A stretch of 64,000 nt of DNA, taken from positions 2,272,001 to 2,336,000 of the forward strand of contig OZ220691.1 of the NCBI GenBank assembly GCA_965116475.1, written 5' to 3'. Positions within the stretch are counted from its first letter, which is position 1. Every line of letters starts with the position of its first letter. Position numbers and translations under genes: made by a program. A model generated the notes under the pieces. It ran no database searches. It saw nothing but the letters and a program-made list of their open reading frames with translations, and was not told the origin of the DNA. Shown in pieces: positions 59,851-64,000 of the stretch. Source of the DNA: Gemmatimonadota bacterium. GTDB lineage: Bacteria > Gemmatimonadota > Gemmatimonadetes > Palauibacterales > Palauibacteraceae.

Positions 59851-60837
59851 ATGACGCGTGGATGCGGACTTCCACCGCTCTCGCGGGATCACTACATACC
59901 GCTCCGCCGGCAACTCGCGGCGGACCTGGAGGCCGGGATTCGGGATGGACACGTGCGGCCCGGGGCTCCGCTTCCGTCCTCCCGGGACATGGCGCGCCGA
60001 CTCGGCGTCGACCGGGGGACGGTCGGCGCCGCGCTCGCGCGACTGCGGCGGAGGAACCTCATCGAACTCGGGAAAGGACAGCGCCCCCGCGCGTCGATGC
60101 GCCGGCGCCCCCCCCGTCCTCCGCCGACCGTGGAGCTGGAGCCGAGGGCAGCGGCGCTGGATCTGCTGCGGCGCGCGCACGCGGGGGGATTCTCCCGTTG
60201 GCGGCTGCTCAACGAGCTGGAGCGGATCGTGGATGGCGCGCGGAGCCCCGATCCGCACCTCGTGACGCTGTGCGAACCTCGCGCCGGGCTGCGAGCCGTG
60301 CTCGCCGCGGAACTGGAAGATGCCTGCGGAGTCGCCGTTCACGCGGTCGACTCCGCCCGCGGGATACCGGAGAATTCGCCGGTCGTCCTGCGGCGCGAGC
60401 TGCAGTCGCGGATGCGCCGCTCCGGCACCGTCGAGTGCGTTCCGATCTCACTCGCCGGGGGCACCCGCGAACGCGAAATCGTGCGACGCCGAATCCGCCG
60501 CGGATTCGTGGTGCTCCTTTCCCGGAGCGAGACGGTGCGCGTGTTCGCCGCGGAACTCGCCGCTCGGGATTTCGCGCGCGGCGTCAACTTCAGAGCCCTC
60601 GACCCGCACGTCGACGCGCGGGCTGTGCAGCGGGCGGTGACGGCGGCAACGATCATCTTCCACGACCGACTCGTCCCCATGTCCCGGTATGACCCCGGAA
60701 CGGCTCCGGCCGTGCCGATTACACTCCTGCCGCCCGAAGAGGTCGAACGCCTCAGCGCCTACCTGTCGAGGACGGACCGGTCCGAGCGCGGCCGCGGCGG
60801 ATCCACTTCTTGCCTGCCACACGGAGGTCGACAGTAG
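59851..60837 (+). CDS. GntR family transcriptional regulator with atypical C-terminal domain
   Basis: IRDG..RPG..LPSSRDMARRLGVDRGTV wHTH; start uncertain. Confidence 0.75.
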   Translation: MTRGCGLPPLSRDHYIPLRRQLAADLEAGIRDGHVRPGAPLPSSRDMARRLGVDRGTVGAALARLRRRNLIELGKGQRPRASMRRRPPRPPPTVELEPRAAALDLLRRAHAGGFSRWRLLNELERIVDGARSPDPHLVTLCEPRAGLRAVLAAELEDACGVAVHAVDSARGIPENSPVVLRRELQSRMRRSGTVECVPISLAGGTREREIVRRRIRRGFVVLLSRSETVRVFAAELAARDFARGVNFRALDPHVDARAVQRAVTAATIIFHDRLVPMSRYDPGTAPAVPITLLPPEEVERLSAYLSRTDRSERGRGGSTSCLPHGGRQ

Positions 60838-60956
60838 CCCATGCACACATTCGCCCCTAAGTTACGGGAGTTTCCGCCCTTGTCCTTCCACGGAGTTGTT
60901 GGGATTGTGAAGAAGAGGTTCCATTCGTCCGTTTACTCCGGCGCCGAGTAGTGATT

Positions 60957-61208
60957 ATGTCTTCGGCCAAATACGACCCCGGCGTGATCGTGAGGGCGCT
61001 CCGCTTCCGAGCGAAGCTCGATGGGTTTCGGCTCGAGCGCGGCCACTACATGGATCGACCCGAAGATCGCGCGGACCGCTGGTACGCCGTGCCGATGGGA
61101 GACAGCGACGCCTCGCGCGCCGGAGAGGGTTTCCCAACCATCATGAAGGCGGCCGACGAAGCAGCGCGCCTCCGCAAGCTCCGGCAAGCGTCCGATCCGG
61201 ACGACTGA
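60957..61208 (+). CDS. Small hypothetical protein
   Basis: 83-aa ORF with GC-rich third positions filling the gap before the tRNA promoter. Confidence 0.55.
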   Translation: MSSAKYDPGVIVRALRFRAKLDGFRLERGHYMDRPEDRADRWYAVPMGDSDASRAGEGFPTIMKAADEAARLRKLRQASDPDD

Positions 61209-61250
61209 CGCTCCGTTGCCACAGCCCGGCGCGGCCCGGCGAACGGTCGC

Positions 61251-61279
61251 TTGAAGCGCCGCGCCGGCTCAAGTATTAT
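61251..61279 (+). promoter_or_regulatory. Sigma70-type promoter of tRNA cluster
   Basis: TTGAAG - 17 bp - TATTAT upstream of tRNA-Gln. Confidence 0.65.
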
Positions 61280-61314
61280 CGACGGCCCGACTCATTGGGA
61301 CGTTGGCGGGACGT

Positions 61315-61387
61315 TGGCCCGTGGTGGAATTGGCAACACGTCTGGCTCTGGACCAGAAGATTCCAGGTTCGAGTCCTGGCGGGCCAA
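61315..61387 (+). tRNA. tRNA-Gln (CTG)
   Basis: TGGCCCG/CGGGCCA acceptor, TCTGG-CTCTGGA-CCAGA anticodon arm, GGTTCGAGTCC. Confidence 0.95.
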
Positions 61388-61407
61388 TCAGCAGAGCAGC
61401 ATCCTGC

Positions 61408-61493
61408 GGAGGGGTGGCCGAGTGGCTTAAGGCGGCGCCCTGCTAAGGCGTTGACTCGAGAGAGTCTCGTGGGTTCGAATCCCACCCCCTCCG
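61408..61493 (+). tRNA. tRNA-Ser (GCT)
   Basis: GGAGGGG/CCCCTCC acceptor, CTGCTAA loop, long variable arm, G73. Confidence 0.95.
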
Positions 61494-61527
61494 CCTACCT
61501 ACCTCCGGCCTCACCCCGGAGGCTTCC

Positions 61528-61615
61528 GGACGGGTGGCCGAGCGGACTAAGGCGCACGCCTGGAGAGCGTGTGGGCAGCAACCCTGCCTCGTGGGTTCGA
61601 ATCCCACCCCGTCCG
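61528..61615 (+). tRNA. tRNA-Ser (GGA)
   Basis: GGACGGG/CCCGTCC acceptor, CACGC-CTGGAGA-GCGTG, long variable arm. Confidence 0.95.
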
Positions 61616-61632
61616 TTAAGCAGTCTACACCC

Positions 61633-61714
61633 GGAGAGGTGGCAGAACGGCAATGCACCGGTCTCGAAAACCGGCGCCCTCACGGGCTTGGGGGTTCGAA
61701 TCCCCCCCTCTCCG
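61633..61714 (+). tRNA. tRNA-Ser (CGA)
   Basis: GGAGAGG/CCTCTCC acceptor, CCGGT-CTCGAAA-ACCGG, long variable arm. Confidence 0.94.
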
Positions 61715-61807
61715 CTATCGCAGTTTTGTGGGCGCTCAGCTTTCCTCCTAGTGAAAGCGCAGGGCGTCGCATAGGTTGAGAGATGACCCGTATGCGGCAG
61801 TGAACCG

Positions 61808-62107
61808 GTGAATCTCGCCTGCGTCGCGCTCGCGTTCTCGGTATGCTTCGGCACGCGCTGCTGGATACTGGACGGACCGCGCGTGACGGAGATCGATGAA
61901 GCCTCCGCCGACACGCTCCAGGGCTGGTTCATCGGCGATTTCGGCGCCGATACGCTATGGGTTGGCGAGAGTGGCCGGATCGTCCATGCCATGAACAGGG
62001 AAACCGGCGAACGGGCGACCATCGACCGGTTGCTCGTTCGGGTCACCCGTCATGGCAGAGAGGACTCGCAGACCCCCGCCCGACCACGGAGCCGACGCGA
62101 CCCCTAG
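61808..62107 (+). CDS. Small hypothetical protein
   Basis: 99-aa ORF filling the gap, stop overlaps the queC stop; no recognisable motif. Confidence 0.4.
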   Translation: MNLACVALAFSVCFGTRCWILDGPRVTEIDEASADTLQGWFIGDFGADTLWVGESGRIVHAMNRETGERATIDRLLVRVTRHGREDSQTPARPRSRRDP

Positions 62108-62799
62108 CAGCCCGCCTGATATGGGGCCGGATCCCGGGCTCCCGCCGCGGCGAATCCGAGGAGCCTCAGGCGGCAGGAGTCGCACGCTCCACAGGCCGCG
62201 TCGGATTCATCAGGGTCGTAGCAACTGCGCGTCATCCCGTAATCGACGCCCAGCGCCAGCCCTCGCCGGATGATCTCGGCCTTGGTGAGATCGACCAAAG
62301 GCGCATGGATCCGGAACGGTCGACCCCCCTCCACGCCGGCCCTGGTGCCGAGGCCGGCGAGTTTCTCGAACGCAGCGAGGAACTCGGGTCTACAGTCGGG
62401 ATACCCGCTGTAGTCGACCGCATTGACGCCGATGAAGATGTCCGAAGCCTCGAGAACTTCCGCCCACGCGAGAGCCATCGACAGGAAGATGGTGTTCCTG
62501 GCCGGGACGTAAGTGACGGGGATGTCCTCCGAATCCGACGGATCGCGCCCGCCCCTGGGTACCTCGAGGTCCCCGGTCAGCGCCGAGCCCCCGAACGCGC
62601 GCAGATCGACGGCGGCGACCACATGCCGCGTGACCCGCATCGCTTCCGCCACCCGACGGGCGGCGTCCACCTCCCGCTCGTGTCTCTGCCCGTAGCGGAG
62701 CGTCAGCGCACAGGGCCGGTATCCCTGTTCCACCGCGATCGCCAACGTCGTCGCCGAGTCCAGCCCACCGCTGAGAAGGACAACCGACCTGCGGCCCAT
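62104..62799 (-). CDS. queC: 7-cyano-7-deazaguanine synthase
   Basis: [30 protein letters not shown]...CGACDSC. Confidence 0.97.
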   Translation of the reverse strand: MGRRSVVLLSGGLDSATTLAIAVEQGYRPCALTLRYGQRHEREVDAARRVAEAMRVTRHVVAAVDLRAFGGSALTGDLEVPRGGRDPSDSEDIPVTYVPARNTIFLSMALAWAEVLEASDIFIGVNAVDYSGYPDCRPEFLAAFEKLAGLGTRAGVEGGRPFRIHAPLVDLTKAEIIRRGLALGVDYGMTRSCYDPDESDAACGACDSCRLRLLGFAAAGARDPAPYQAGC

Positions 62800-62963
62800 C
62801 CACTACCTCCGGGAAGCGAGTTCACGATCGCGGAATCCCGCCGGGGGGCCACTTGTAACACGATTTCGCACCGCACGCCAATGCATGGTAAAGTGAGGCC
62901 GGGAGCGGCTCCGGAACCTCGATGCCCCGCGGAGTCGAGCGGGGATACGCGGAAGGAGAACCG

Positions 62964-63557
62964 ATGCGGATCCGGTCACCTGGCCGGGGCGACGCACTGC
63001 TGGTTGTGGACGTGCAGAAGGACTTCCTCACCGGCGGCCCGCTGGCCGTCTCCGAAGGCGATGCGGTGATCCCGCCGCTCAACGAAGCGATCCGCGCCTT
63101 CTCCGACGCGGACCTTCCGATCTTCGCGACGCGCGACTGGCACCCGCCGGATCACTGCTCGTTCGTCCCGAACGGTGGGCTCTGGCCGATTCACTGCGTC
63201 GCGGGGACGAGCGGGGCATCGTTCCCGGCGTCCCTCCGGCTTCCCGCCTCGACCGTCGTAGTCTCGAAGGCCGATGACCCGGCCCCCGAGGCCTACTCCG
63301 CGTTCTCGGGCACTGATCTCGCCGACCGTCTCGCGGATCTACGCGTGGGACGGGTGTTCGCCGGCGGCCTCGCGACGGATTACTGCGTGCTCCGAACGGT
63401 GCTCGACGCCCGCGCGGCCGGTCTCGACGTGGTCGTTCTGGACGACGCGGTGAGAGCCGTGGACCTCGAGTCGGGCGATGGGATTCGCGCCATCGCCCGC
63501 ATGCGAGCGGCAGGTGTGACATTCGCTTCCACGCGAACGGCCCTGGCCGAGGGGTAG
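62964..63557 (+). CDS. pncA: Nicotinamidase/pyrazinamidase
   Basis: AAGGAG RBS; VVDVQKDF, DWHPPDH, WPIHCV, YSAF, GLATDYCV. Confidence 0.93.
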   Translation: MRIRSPGRGDALLVVDVQKDFLTGGPLAVSEGDAVIPPLNEAIRAFSDADLPIFATRDWHPPDHCSFVPNGGLWPIHCVAGTSGASFPASLRLPASTVVVSKADDPAPEAYSAFSGTDLADRLADLRVGRVFAGGLATDYCVLRTVLDARAAGLDVVVLDDAVRAVDLESGDGIRAIARMRAAGVTFASTRTALAEG

Positions 63558-63563
63558 CGAATC

Positions 63564-64000
63564 ATGGTGGCAGGTGGCGTCACCGGGACGCCGAGCGGGG
63601 AACGGAGCGCCCTGCTCACGGACCTGTATCAACTCACCATGCTCAAGGCGTACTGGGAACACGGGATGCACGAGACGGCCGTGTTCGAATTCTTTGTCCG
63701 CCGTCTCCCCCCGAAGCGCCGGTTCCTGATGGCTGCAGGGCTGGCGCACGCCCTCGACTACCTGGAAGGTCTGCGTTTCGAATCCGACGAACTCGAATGG
63801 CTCCGCGGCCAGCCCGGCTTCCCGCCCGCCTTCGTCGACTGGCTCGCCGATCTGCGCTTCACCGGGGATGTGGACGCCATGCCCGAGGGGACCGTCTTCT
63901 TCCCGGAAGAACCTCTGCTGCGGGTCACCGCGCCGCTCCCGGAGGCCCAACTCATCGAGACGCGGCTCATCTCCCTGCTCAACTACGCCTCCCTGATCGC
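63564..64000 (+). CDS. pncB: Nicotinate phosphoribosyltransferase (3'-truncated by window edge)
   Basis: LLTDLYQLTM, AVFEFFVR, AMPEGT.FFP.EP, AQLIET. Confidence 0.93.
   Translation, partial: MVAGGVTGTPSGERSALLTDLYQLTMLKAYWEHGMHETAVFEFFVRRLPPKRRFLMAAGLAHALDYLEGLRFESDELEWLRGQPGFPPAFVDWLADLRFTGDVDAMPEGTVFFPEEPLLRVTAPLPEAQLIETRLISLLNYASLI

Noticed and set aside
62104..62799. queC as part of a dpd/QatABCD-type defence system, or with a preQ1 riboswitch
   Set aside because: Canonical housekeeping QueC length and motifs, no dpdA/qat neighbours, and no preQ1 aptamer pattern in the 62800-62960 region.

Overview
GC-rich bacterial chromosomal window, mostly densely coding core metabolism and cell-envelope genes. 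The abundance of secreted amidohydrolases, S9 peptidases, VPS10/BNR proteins and a TonB receptor suggests a Gram-negative heterotroph, possibly Gemmatimonadota-like (inference only). Recognisable genes are mdh, ligA, polX, a family-5 UDG, queC, pncA and pncB (partial), plus six tRNA genes (Gly-TCC, Arg-CCT, Gln-CTG, Ser-GCT, Ser-GGA, Ser-CGA). Interspersed among them are stand-alone accessory loci with no integrase or transposase, most with their own operator-like repeats: hipBA plus convergent vapBC after tRNA-Gly, an AAA_14/DUF4143 ATPase, a Fic protein, a DUF222-HNH gene, and a compositionally foreign subtilase locus after tRNA-Arg. The most unusual observations are four. (1) The subtilase appears split into a separate propeptide-like ORF and a catalytic ORF, with a repeat-flanked hairpin between them. 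(2) A 23-nt palindrome-containing sequence occurs both inside and upstream of the DUF222-HNH gene. (3) An NCS2 permease with a degenerate substrate motif is fused to an RsbW-like pseudo-kinase domain. (4) Three palindromic hipBA operators sit at exact 50-bp spacing. No CRISPR array, rRNA, prophage or IS element was seen. All family assignments are by motif recognition, not database search.
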